Assembly (NCBI GenBank): GCA_964534795.1
Contig: CAZHQK010000128.1
Location: forward strand, 70,091 to 134,090
Direction of reading: 5' to 3'
DNA length: 64,000 bases
Source of the DNA: an uncultured Acidobacteriota bacterium
GTDB taxonomy: Bacteria; Acidobacteriota; UBA6911
Below are positions 54,621-63,089 of this stretch, one piece after another. How positions within the stretch are numbered: position 1 is the stretch's first letter; each line of letters starts with the position of its first letter. Under the pieces are notes generated by a model. That model searched no databases and was not told the origin of the DNA. It saw nothing but the letters and a program-made list of their open reading frames with translations. Position numbers and translations under genes: made by a program.

Positions 54621-55109
54621 ATGTCCGAGAAAATCAAACTCCTCATCGTCGACGACGAAGTCCAGTTTCTGAATGCGCTGGCACAGCGCCTGGAAATCCG
54701 CGGCTTCCACGTCACCAAGGCGACCAACGGCGCGGAAGCCCTGCAGGCGGCGCGCAGCGACAGGTTCGACCTGGCGCTGCTCGATTTGAAGATGCCGGGG
54801 CTGGACGGCAAGGAGGTTCTCCAGCTGCTGAAAAAGGAGCACAAGCACCTGGAAGTGATCATCCTCACCGGCCACGGATCCCTGGATTCCGCGGTGGAAT
54901 GTACCAAGCTGGGGGCCTTCGGCTACCTGCCCAAGCCATACGAGCTCGAGAATCTCATCAAGGTGCTCAAGGAGGCCTACGAAGAACGCTTGAAGAAAAA
55001 GTTCCAGCTCGACCAGGGGAAAATGGAAGAGATCATGAAGATCGCCACGGGAGACAGCCCGCTGGGCATCATGCGCCGCCTGCGCGAGCTGGACGACGAC
55101 ATCAAGTGA
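54621..55109 (+). CDS. response regulator, receiver domain only (CheY-like) with short C-terminal extension
   Basis: LIVDDE...DLALLDLKMPGLDG...ILTGHG...: the phospho-acceptor Asp and conserved Lys are in place. No output domain. Confidence 0.85.
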   Translation: MSEKIKLLIVDDEVQFLNALAQRLEIRGFHVTKATNGAEALQAARSDRFDLALLDLKMPGLDGKEVLQLLKKEHKHLEVIILTGHGSLDSAVECTKLGAFGYLPKPYELENLIKVLKEAYEERLKKKFQLDQGKMEEIMKIATGDSPLGIMRRLRELDDDIK

Positions 55110-55144
55110 AGCCGGAGCGCAAGGCGAAGGAAAGGGGCAGCGTC

Positions 55145-55672
55145 ATGACAGCCAAAAAGGCCGGAGAGATCATGATTCCTCTCGACCAGTACCCGCACAT
55201 CCCGGACTGGTACACCCTGCGGCAGGCGATCGCGGTGCTGCGCGCCTCGCAGATCGAGGTCGACGGCCGCATCTCCCTGCCGCGCGCCGTGCTGGTCTTC
55301 AGCCGTGCCTATGAGCTGCTCGGCATCGTGCGCCGGCGCGACATACTGCGCGGCCTGCTGCCGAGCTTTCTCGCCTCGGCGTCGATGGAATACGGCATGC
55401 GCCTCGTCGAGATGGACATGGACCCCAACCTGTTCGACCTGACCTCGGAAAACATGATCCAGGGAATCCGGGAGCAGGCCGAGCGGCCGGTGCGCGACAT
55501 CATGGTGCCGATCTCCGTCACGGTCGATTACGACGACCAGATCATGAAGATCATATACGAGATGATCCGCAGCGACCTCAGCATGCTGCCGGTGCTCCAG
55601 GGCGGACGGGTGGTCGGCGTGGTACGTTCGGTCGACGTGCTGCACGAGATCGCGGAGCTGGTGCTGCCCTAG
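55145..55672 (+). CDS. CBS-domain pair protein
   Basis: 175 aa. Two CBS-like repeats (…IMIP…VLVF…, …IMVPISVTVD…LPVLQGGRVVGVVR…). AAGGAAAGG RBS before the ATG at 55145. Confidence 0.7.
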   Translation: MTAKKAGEIMIPLDQYPHIPDWYTLRQAIAVLRASQIEVDGRISLPRAVLVFSRAYELLGIVRRRDILRGLLPSFLASASMEYGMRLVEMDMDPNLFDLTSENMIQGIREQAERPVRDIMVPISVTVDYDDQIMKIIYEMIRSDLSMLPVLQGGRVVGVVRSVDVLHEIAELVLP

Positions 55673-55709
55673 GCGGCACGCGCCGGCCGGAGCGGGAGCG
55701 GAGAATCGT

Positions 55710-57230
55710 ATGGCCGACAGGGAATCGGCGGTGCGCAGCGACGGCGTGGGCGCCGAGCAGGCGGCGATCCGGCTCGCCAGGGCGGAACGCCGTGTCGACT
55801 GGCGGCGCATCCTCGGCCTGTGCCTCGGCATCGGGATCTTCGCCGCCCTGTATGCCCTGCCCGCCTGGCCGGATGCGGTGGATCCGGCGGGGAACCGCTT
55901 CGTGCTGACGCACGAGGGCAAGGCGGCGCTCGGCCTGCTGGGGCTGGCGCTGACGTGGTGGGCGACCGAGGTCGTGCCCATCGGAGTAACCGCCGTCGCC
56001 ATCGGCGTCCTCCAGGCCCTGTTTTTCATCCGGCCCGCCCGGGAGGCGTTCGCCGACTTCATGGATCCCGCCGTGTGGCTCGTCCTCGCCTCGCTCGTGA
56101 TCGGCATGACCTTCACCAAGACCGGCTTCACCAAGCGGGTCGCCTACAAGATGCTGGCGCTCGCAGGCGAGCGCACCCGCATGCTCTATTTCGGCTGCTT
56201 CGCCGTGACCGCGCTCCTGACGCTGGTCATGACCCATACCAGCGCCGCCGCCACCCTGTTCCCACTGCTGATGGCGGTGCATTCGCTCTACGAAGACGGC
56301 GAACGGCCCACGCGCTTCGGCAAGGGGCTCTTCATCGGCATGGCCTTCGCGGCGGCCAGCTGCAGCGTCGCCTCGTTGCTCGGTTCGGGGCGGGCGCCGG
56401 TGGCCGCCGGCCTCTACCGCGACCTGACCGGCCGTGATATCTCCTTCTTCGAGTGGACCTACTACATGCTCCCGCTGGGGTGGGGGATGGCCCTGCTGCT
56501 GTGGCTCTATTGCCTGATCCGGTTCCCTCCGGAAAGGCCCGCGATCGCAGGCCTGGCAGCCAGGGCCAGGGCGCTTTACGAGCGGCTCGGCCCCGTGACG
56601 CGCAACGAATGCCTGGCCGCCCTTGCCGTCGGCGCCGCCTTCGTTCTCCTGGCCGCGAGGCATCTCGTTCCGGCGCTGGCGGGTTTGGACAAGAGCGCGG
56701 CGTTTGTGGCGGCCGTCGTGCTGTTCTTCGTTTTCCGCATTCTCAGCATCCAGGATCTCGAAGAGATTCCCTGGAACATCGCCCTGCTTTTCGGGGGCGC
56801 GCTGAGCATGGGAACCTGCCTGTGGCAGACCGGGGCCGCGCGCTGGCTCGCGGTCGCCTCGCTCGTGTGGCTGCAGGGCACGGGAGGGGTCGCCTTCCTG
56901 TTGCTCCTGGGCCTGGCTCTGATGATCCTGACCAATTTCGTGGTGAACGTTGCTCTGATCGCGGCCTGCCTGCCGGCAGCCCTGGTGGTCGCGCATTATC
57001 TGGGAGTCGCGCCGGAGATGGTCCTGTATACGACCATGGCGGCCGCCAGTATGCCCTTCATGCTGCTGCTCGGGGCGGCGCCCAACGCGATCGCATACAG
57101 CAGCCGGCAGTTCACGGCCCGCGAATTCTTTTGGGCCGGCGTGCCTGCCAGCCTGCTTCTCATGGCCCTGCTCGGCCTCTTCGTGTGGCTGATCTGGCCG
57201 CTGATGGGCATGCCGCTGCTGAACCCATAA
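55710..57230 (+). CDS. anion transporter, DASS/SLC13 (ArsB/NhaD permease superfamily)
   Basis: 506 aa, about 12-14 TM helices. An internal repeat with hairpin-loop-like Ser/Thr-rich motifs, typical of the divalent-anion:Na+ symporter family. Confidence 0.65.
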   Translation: MADRESAVRSDGVGAEQAAIRLARAERRVDWRRILGLCLGIGIFAALYALPAWPDAVDPAGNRFVLTHEGKAALGLLGLALTWWATEVVPIGVTAVAIGVLQALFFIRPAREAFADFMDPAVWLVLASLVIGMTFTKTGFTKRVAYKMLALAGERTRMLYFGCFAVTALLTLVMTHTSAAATLFPLLMAVHSLYEDGERPTRFGKGLFIGMAFAAASCSVASLLGSGRAPVAAGLYRDLTGRDISFFEWTYYMLPLGWGMALLLWLYCLIRFPPERPAIAGLAARARALYERLGPVTRNECLAALAVGAAFVLLAARHLVPALAGLDKSAAFVAAVVLFFVFRILSIQDLEEIPWNIALLFGGALSMGTCLWQTGAARWLAVASLVWLQGTGGVAFLLLLGLALMILTNFVVNVALIAACLPAALVVAHYLGVAPEMVLYTTMAAASMPFMLLLGAAPNAIAYSSRQFTAREFFWAGVPASLLLMALLGLFVWLIWPLMGMPLLNP

Positions 57231-57299
57231 TCCGGAGAAAACAACGACAGGCGTCGATCCGCGGGCGGCTGCGCCGCCGGTTGCCGTGGAGGAGAAGCG

Positions 57300-58757
57300 A
57301 TGCAGGAAAGGGAGTCGCGCTGGGCGCGGTTGTGGAAGACCGAAGATTACTGGGCCGTATGGCTGGGATTGGGGATCATTCTGGCAAGCGCCGCCGCCTA
57401 CGCTGCCGGACACGCCCGGCTGCTGGCCGGAATTGCGGTCAAAGCCCCGTCGGGGTGGACCGCCGCGGGCGTTTTGCTCGAGCACTTCGCCGCAAGCTGG
57501 AGCTGGTACGCGGCGCTCTTCCTTCTGTTCCTCGCCGTCTTCACCCTCGGCATGCGCACCATGGGGCTGAGCGCCTCGCGCTTCGTACCCGGATTTGCCG
57601 CCATCTTCCTCGCCACGGTCCTGGTGCTGATCCTGTCGGGTTCGGCTTTCGCCGGCCGCTACAACCTGGAAGCCCCGCTGCTGGCGCTGATCCTCGGGCT
57701 GGCGGTCGGCAACAGCTGCAGGGTGCCGCAATGGGTGGAGGCCGCTCTCAGGACCGAGTTCTACATCAAGACCGGAATCGTCCTGCTGGGGGCCACGCTG
57801 CCGCTCACGCTGATCGCCTCGGCCGGCCCGATCGCATTCCTGCAGGCCACCGTCGTCTCCGTGGTGACCTGGCTGACGATTTTCCTGGCGGCGACGCGCA
57901 TATACAAGGAATCCCCGCAGTTCGGCGCCGTGCTCGGCGCCGCCGGAGCCGTTTGCGGCGTGAGCGCTTCCATCGCGGTGGGCGCGGCGGTCAAAGCCAG
58001 GAAAGAACAGGTCGCCATCGCCATTTCGGTGGTCACGATCTGGGCGATCGTCATGATCTTTTTCATCCCTCTCGCTTCCCGCGCCATGCGCCTGCCCACG
58101 GCGGTGGCGGGCGCCTGGGTCGGCACCTCGGAATTCGCCGATGCCGCCGGCTTCGCCGCGGCGCAGGCCTATTCGCCGCCGCTGCCCGAATCGCTGGCGC
58201 GGGCGGTTGCGGCCGCAGCGGCGGGCACCGCCACCGAAGAGCAGCGGGCGTTGATCGAAGAACGCAAGCACCTGTACGACAACGAAAACGCCATCCGCGC
58301 CTTCACTCTCATGAAGGTCATCGGCCGGGACATATGGATCGGCATCTGGTGCTTTATTCTATCGATCGTGGCCGTCACCGTGTGGGAGCGCAAGGCGGAG
58401 GGCGCCGCGGGCCGAGGGGTCGGGGTGGGGGTGATCTGGGAGCGATTCCCCAAGTTCGTCCTGGGCTTCGTGGCCGCTTCCGTCATCATGACGGTCCTGG
58501 TCGAGCACTGGGGAGCGCAGCGGGGCGCAGCCTACGCCGATCTCGACAAGATGCTCATCGCTCCCATCAAGACCTTGCGCACCTGGACATTCGTCTTCGC
58601 TTTCCTGTGCATCGGGCTGACGACCCGTTTCCGCGAGCTGACGCGTTTCGGCTGGCGCCCGTTCTGGGCGTTCAGCATCGGGGTGCTGGTCAACGTCCCC
58701 CTGGGTTTGCTGCTGTCCGGCGTGCTGTTCCGGGATTTCTGGCTTCGTATCCGATGA
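57300..58757 (+). CDS. YeiH/UPF0324 family membrane protein (putative sulfate exporter family)
   Basis: 485 aa, polytopic. Sequence pattern consistent with YeiH-family members (assignment by recollection of the family, not by search). Confidence 0.6.
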   Translation: MQERESRWARLWKTEDYWAVWLGLGIILASAAAYAAGHARLLAGIAVKAPSGWTAAGVLLEHFAASWSWYAALFLLFLAVFTLGMRTMGLSASRFVPGFAAIFLATVLVLILSGSAFAGRYNLEAPLLALILGLAVGNSCRVPQWVEAALRTEFYIKTGIVLLGATLPLTLIASAGPIAFLQATVVSVVTWLTIFLAATRIYKESPQFGAVLGAAGAVCGVSASIAVGAAVKARKEQVAIAISVVTIWAIVMIFFIPLASRAMRLPTAVAGAWVGTSEFADAAGFAAAQAYSPPLPESLARAVAAAAAGTATEEQRALIEERKHLYDNENAIRAFTLMKVIGRDIWIGIWCFILSIVAVTVWERKAEGAAGRGVGVGVIWERFPKFVLGFVAASVIMTVLVEHWGAQRGAAYADLDKMLIAPIKTLRTWTFVFAFLCIGLTTRFRELTRFGWRPFWAFSIGVLVNVPLGLLLSGVLFRDFWLRIR

Positions 58758-58758
58758 G

Positions 58759-58847
58759 GAAAATGGGGACGCTCACCGTTTTCGATGAGGGGCGTTCGCG
58801 GACGATCGGATCCCATCACCGCGAAAATAGGTGAGCGTCCCTGTTTA
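58759..58847. repeat. second locus of the REP/BIME-like element (inverted pair, core GGGACGCTCACC / GGTGAGCGTCCC)
   Basis: GAAAATGGGGACGCTCACCGTTTTCG (58759-58784) and its inverted partner GAAAATAGGTGAGCGTCCCTGTTTA (58823-58847), separated by 38 bp. The left unit starts right after the TGA of the YeiH-like gene. The right unit overlaps the stop of the convergent dipeptidase gene. Confidence 0.7.
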
Positions 58848-60131
58848 GTCGGTGCGTTTGCTTCTGGCGGCGACCTTCTCCACTTCGCGCCAGACGCGCA
58901 GCAGGTTCTCGCCCCAGATCTTGCGGATGTCCTTTTCCGAATAGCCCCGGCGCAGGAGCTCGACGGTCACGTTGAGCGCTTCGGAATGGTCGTTGAAGCC
59001 TTTGATCCCGCCTCCGCCGTCGAAGTCCGTGCCGATGCCCACATGATCGATGCCCGCGATCTTGACGGCGTGGTCGATGTGGTTGACGAAATCGCCGAGG
59101 TCGGCCGTGGGGTACTTGCGGTCGATGGCCTCCATGCGCTCCCGGTAGGTCTGCATCATCTTTTCATAGTCGGTGCGCTGGGCCTCGGTGAGCGCCTGCA
59201 TCTCCTGCGGGCTCATGCGGCGGAATCCCAGCTCCTTGCGCAGATCCTCGAGCGCTTTGCGCCGCTCCGGCGGATCGGCTTTCAGAAAGCTGCCGAGCGC
59301 CACGACCTGGACGACGCCGCCGTTCTTGGCGAGCGCGCGCAGCTGCTCGTCCGTCAGGTTGCGGTCGACCGGATTGAGGGCTGCGCAGCCGGAATGCGAT
59401 GCGATGACGGGCGCCTTGGTGATGCCGATGACGTCCCAGAAGGATTTCTCCGCGATGTGGGAAACATCGATCATGATGCCGAGCCGGTTCATCTCGGCCA
59501 CCACCTGCCTGCCGAAGGCGGATAAGCCGTTGTGGCGCGGGGGCTGCGCCGGATTGGAGGAATCGCAGATCTGGTTGTGCCCGCTGTGGCTGAGCGTGAT
59601 GTAACGGGCGCCCAGGTCGTAGAACCTCTTGACCATCGCGAGATCCTCGCCCAGCGGGTAGCCGTTCTCGACCCCGATCATCACGGCGCGCTTGCCGGTC
59701 TTCGCAATACGGACGACATCGTCCGGGGAAAGTGCCAGGGCGCAGAGCTCGGGACGCAGCTTTTCCGCAAGCCGGTGGATAGCCTCGAACTTGGCCATCG
59801 CCTGATCGAGGGCGCTCTTGTACGCGGCCTCGTCGAACGCGTTGCGCTGGCCCACGAATACGGCGAGAAAGACGCCGTCGAGACCGCCCCGTTTCATCTT
59901 GACCAGGTCGCACTTGAGGTTGGTCTCCTTGCCCGGATCCAGTTCGGGCGTGGCATATTGGGCGCCGCTGATATCGACGTGGGTGTCGATCGTGAGCGCG
60001 CGCTCATGGATAGCCTTGGCTTTCGCGAGCAGCTTCTCGTCGGCCGCTGCAGCCGTCTGCGTCCGGGCATAGGCTCGAGGCAAGATCGCCAGGCCCAGAG
60101 CGAAAATCCCAACCTTCAGCGTGATCTTCAT
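58845..60131 (-). CDS. membrane dipeptidase (peptidase family M19, renal dipeptidase-like)
   Basis: Start MKITLKVGIFALGLAILP (signal) with GGGAGGGA RBS. ...IDTHVD..., HSGHN and ...SHIAEKSF...: metal-binding His/Asp pattern of M19. Confidence 0.8.
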   Translation of the reverse strand: MKITLKVGIFALGLAILPRAYARTQTAAAADEKLLAKAKAIHERALTIDTHVDISGAQYATPELDPGKETNLKCDLVKMKRGGLDGVFLAVFVGQRNAFDEAAYKSALDQAMAKFEAIHRLAEKLRPELCALALSPDDVVRIAKTGKRAVMIGVENGYPLGEDLAMVKRFYDLGARYITLSHSGHNQICDSSNPAQPPRHNGLSAFGRQVVAEMNRLGIMIDVSHIAEKSFWDVIGITKAPVIASHSGCAALNPVDRNLTDEQLRALAKNGGVVQVVALGSFLKADPPERRKALEDLRKELGFRRMSPQEMQALTEAQRTDYEKMMQTYRERMEAIDRKYPTADLGDFVNHIDHAVKIAGIDHVGIGTDFDGGGGIKGFNDHSEALNVTVELLRRGYSEKDIRKIWGENLLRVWREVEKVAARSKRTD

Positions 60132-60234
60132 GGCGCTTCCCTCCCTTGGGGAAAGAACACGATGCGAGTCATAATCGATTGCTCGGCGCGATGCAAGCAC
60201 AGAATGCGCCGGGGGAACCGGCGGCGCGCAAGGC

Positions 60235-61608
60235 TTACGGCGGCGAACCTGTCGCGGTCGAATCCCCCGCCCGGGTTTTCCGCTCCCATGCCTCCAGGGC
60301 GCGCAGCACAGCGCTGCATACCTTGTTGTAATCGGCCTCGACTTCGAGCGGGGGTGCCGCCAGCCGCTGCTGGAACGAAGTGAATTTGAGCCCATGCGCG
60401 GTCGAGATCACCACGATTCTGGCGTCATGCCGCAGCTCGCCCCGCTGCAGCAGCTTGCGCAGGGCGGCCAGAGCGACGGCGGTGTGCGGGCAGCAGTACA
60501 GCCCCGCGGCGTTGGCCGCGGCCGCCGCGGCCGCCAGCTCCTCCTCCGAAGCCTGCTCCACGATTCCCTCGCACTGCTGCAACACGCGCACGGCCCGTTT
60601 GATGCTCACGGGATCGCCGATCTGGATGGCGCTCGCCGCCGTCGGCCGGGCAGCCACGGGGGCATATTCCTGAAAACCTCGCCGATAGCTGCGATACAGC
60701 GGATTCGCATTCTCCGCCTGGGCGCAAACCAGGCGCGGCAGCCGGGCGATCAGCCCCAAGTCGCGCACAAGCAAGAATCCCCGGCCCAGCGCGCTGAGAT
60801 TGCCCAGGTTGCCCCCGGGAACGACCACCACGTCGGGGATCTGCCAGCCCAGTTGCTGGCACAGTTCGATGGCGACCGTTTTCTGCCCTTCGAGGCGCAG
60901 GGGGTTCATCGAATTCGCCAGGTAGATGTCGTGGCGGCCGGTGACCTCGCGTACGAGCCGCATGCAGCCGTCGAAGTCGGTGTCGATCGCCAGGGTTATG
61001 GCCCCGTGCGCAAGCGGCTGCACCAGCTGCGCCGCCGATACCCGGCCGCGCGGCAGGAAAACGACGGCCGGAATGCCGGCGGCGGCGCAATAGGCGGCCA
61101 GGGCCGCAGAGGTGTCGCCCGTCGACGCGCAGGCGACCGCAGGGATGCGCAGGCCCTGGGCGCGCATCTGCCGGACCATGCTGACCAGAACGGTCATTCC
61201 CAGGTCTTTGAACGAGCCCGTATGGCTGTGGCCGCACTGCTTGATCCACAGTTCGTCCGTTCCCCAGCGCCGCCCGAGCAGCTCGGCCCGTACCAGGGGC
61301 GTCCGTCCCTCGCCGGTCGAGACGATGTTTTCGTCGGCGACCGCGGGACAGACCATTTCCTTCTTGTCCCAGACCCCGGAAGCCCAAGGCCCGGCGCGCA
61401 ACAACGACCTGCCGTCGAGCACTTGCTTCCATTCGCCCGGCAGAGTCATGCGCAACGGGCCGAGATCGTGAACGACGTCGAGCAGATCTCCGCAAGCGGG
61501 ACATCTGTATACGATCCGGTCGAGCGGGTACTCCCCGGGACACCCCTCGATGCAGCGGTACGCCGCCCGGTAACGAGCCTGCGGGTTGGGATGCTTCGCG
61601 CCGACCAT
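60235..61608 (-). CDS. thrC: threonine synthase (long form with N-terminal zinc-ribbon)
   Basis: PLP-binding Lys motif (HTGSFKDLG) and ...GNLGNLSA... N-terminal CxxC...CPACG ribbon. AGGGAGA RBS before ATG 61608. Confidence 0.85.
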   Translation of the reverse strand: MVGAKHPNPQARYRAAYRCIEGCPGEYPLDRIVYRCPACGDLLDVVHDLGPLRMTLPGEWKQVLDGRSLLRAGPWASGVWDKKEMVCPAVADENIVSTGEGRTPLVRAELLGRRWGTDELWIKQCGHSHTGSFKDLGMTVLVSMVRQMRAQGLRIPAVACASTGDTSAALAAYCAAAGIPAVVFLPRGRVSAAQLVQPLAHGAITLAIDTDFDGCMRLVREVTGRHDIYLANSMNPLRLEGQKTVAIELCQQLGWQIPDVVVVPGGNLGNLSALGRGFLLVRDLGLIARLPRLVCAQAENANPLYRSYRRGFQEYAPVAARPTAASAIQIGDPVSIKRAVRVLQQCEGIVEQASEEELAAAAAAANAAGLYCCPHTAVALAALRKLLQRGELRHDARIVVISTAHGLKFTSFQQRLAAPPLEVEADYNKVCSAVLRALEAWERKTRAGDSTATGSPP

Positions 61609-61756
61609 GCAATCTTCTCCCTTTGCTCGGACGCCGGCAAGCATAACAGATCCGGCGCCCGGCACGAGAGCAAACAGGAAACGACCTGCACGCTGGCCTG
61701 CAGGCCTGGGATGTTATAGCATTGTCGCCGGCGGCCCGTGGCAGCCGCACGAAGCC

Positions 61757-62479
61757 ATGATTCCATTGCGCGACGACAACCCCACGCGGATCAAGCCGGT
61801 CCTTACCGTTACCCTGATCACGATCAACTGCCTGGTCTTCTTCTACCAGCTTTCCCTGGGCCCGCGCGCCGGCCGGCTTTTCCTCTTCCAATTCGGAGCC
61901 ATACCTTCGGTCATCGTCGGCGGCGCGGCCCTTCCCGCCAATGTGGCCGCCGTGCCGCCGTTCGTAAGCATCTTCACCAGCATGTTTCTCCACGGGAGCA
62001 TATTGCATCTGGCGGGAAACATGCTTTACCTGTGGATCTTCGGCAACAACATCGAGGAGGCGCTGGGCCGCTTCCGCTTCCTCGTCTTCTATCTGCTGTG
62101 CGGCTTTGCAGCCGCCATGGTGCATGTCCTCAGCAACGTGGATTCCACGATTCCGACCATCGGGGCGAGCGGCGCCATCTCCGGGGTGCTCGGTGCCTAT
62201 CTGCTGCTGTATCCGCGGGCGCAGGTGCTCACACTCGTGCCGTTCTTTTTCTTCATACAGCTCGTCTATATTCCCGCCGGAATCGTCCTGAGCCTCTGGT
62301 TCCTGCTGCAACTGGCGTACGGCAGCCTGGGCGAGGGAGGGACCGGAGGCGGGGTAGCCTGGTGGGCGCACGTCGGCGGCTTCGTAGCGGGCATGCTGCT
62401 GGTGGGCATGTTCAAGAAACGCAATGTCAGGTTCTTCAACCCGCCGCACTATCACCCGAGCCGTTTCCGCGGCTGGTAG
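61757..62479 (+). CDS. rhomboid family intramembrane serine protease
   Basis: 241 aa, 6 TM. Catalytic GASGAISG (Ser) and AHVGG (His) motifs. Start at MIPLRDDNPT. Confidence 0.85.
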   Translation: MIPLRDDNPTRIKPVLTVTLITINCLVFFYQLSLGPRAGRLFLFQFGAIPSVIVGGAALPANVAAVPPFVSIFTSMFLHGSILHLAGNMLYLWIFGNNIEEALGRFRFLVFYLLCGFAAAMVHVLSNVDSTIPTIGASGAISGVLGAYLLLYPRAQVLTLVPFFFFIQLVYIPAGIVLSLWFLLQLAYGSLGEGGTGGGVAWWAHVGGFVAGMLLVGMFKKRNVRFFNPPHYHPSRFRGW

Positions 62480-62484
62480 TACCG

Positions 62485-62576
62485 AGCTGTCAGCTTTCAG
62501 CCTTCAGCTATCAGCAATCAGCTTTCATGCTGCACCCTTCTGCATGGAAAACATGATGGCTGAAAGCTGACGGCTG
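62485..62576 (+). repeat. heptad tandem repeat (nnTCAGC x5-6) forming one arm of a 16-bp inverted repeat; possible terminator or RNA structure after the rhomboid gene
   Basis: CTGTCAGC TTTCAGC CTTCAGC TATCAGC AATCAGC TTTCATGC directly after the stop codon. GGCTGAAAGCTGACGG at 62561-62576 is the near-perfect reverse complement of CTGTCAGCTTTCAGCC (62485-62500). Confidence 0.5.
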
Positions 62577-63089
62577 ATCCTCGTCGGACTCCCGCCCGAA
62601 ACAGACCGACGCGCACGGTCGCGGAACTAATGGAGTCCGGCCGAAATGCCGATGCGATGAGCGGAGATGCCGGACGAAGGCCGAGCTGGGTGGCTCAGGC
62701 TTGTGGCTAGAGGTGAGGGGTTAGCTAGCCTCGGTCCGCATCTCCGCCCTTCTCGCGATCGGCCCGGAGACTTCCAAGGCGTCACCGGGCCGATTTCACG
62801 CAATATCCGTGCCGCGATCTTTCCGCGGCCGCCGATTCGGGATGCCCTTTCACCGCAAAGATTGCCCGGTCAAGAGATCGGCGCGCCGGGTTCGATTCCA
62901 TGAGAACAATCCGGGCTGCTCCATGCCCCGATGTCATGTAAAGACACCCGACATTCATGCCGGTCGGTTTCCAGCCGTGAGCTTGCGATTCCGCGACGAT
63001 CGCGGTCCCGATGGGCAGCCGCCTGCCGCACCCGCATGTAAGATGGGCCGACGTGCCGCGGCAGGTCACCTTGCAAAGGCACGGCCGCC

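Noticed and set aside
62870-62900. GGGTTCGATTCC T-loop-like motif, suggesting a tRNA or tmRNA 3' domain
   Set aside because: The flanking 5 nt cannot form a T-stem (CCGGG vs CCATG). No acceptor-stem partner or tag-peptide reading frame could be found, and there is no RNase P-like conserved block. Treated as a chance motif within a possibly structured intergenic region.
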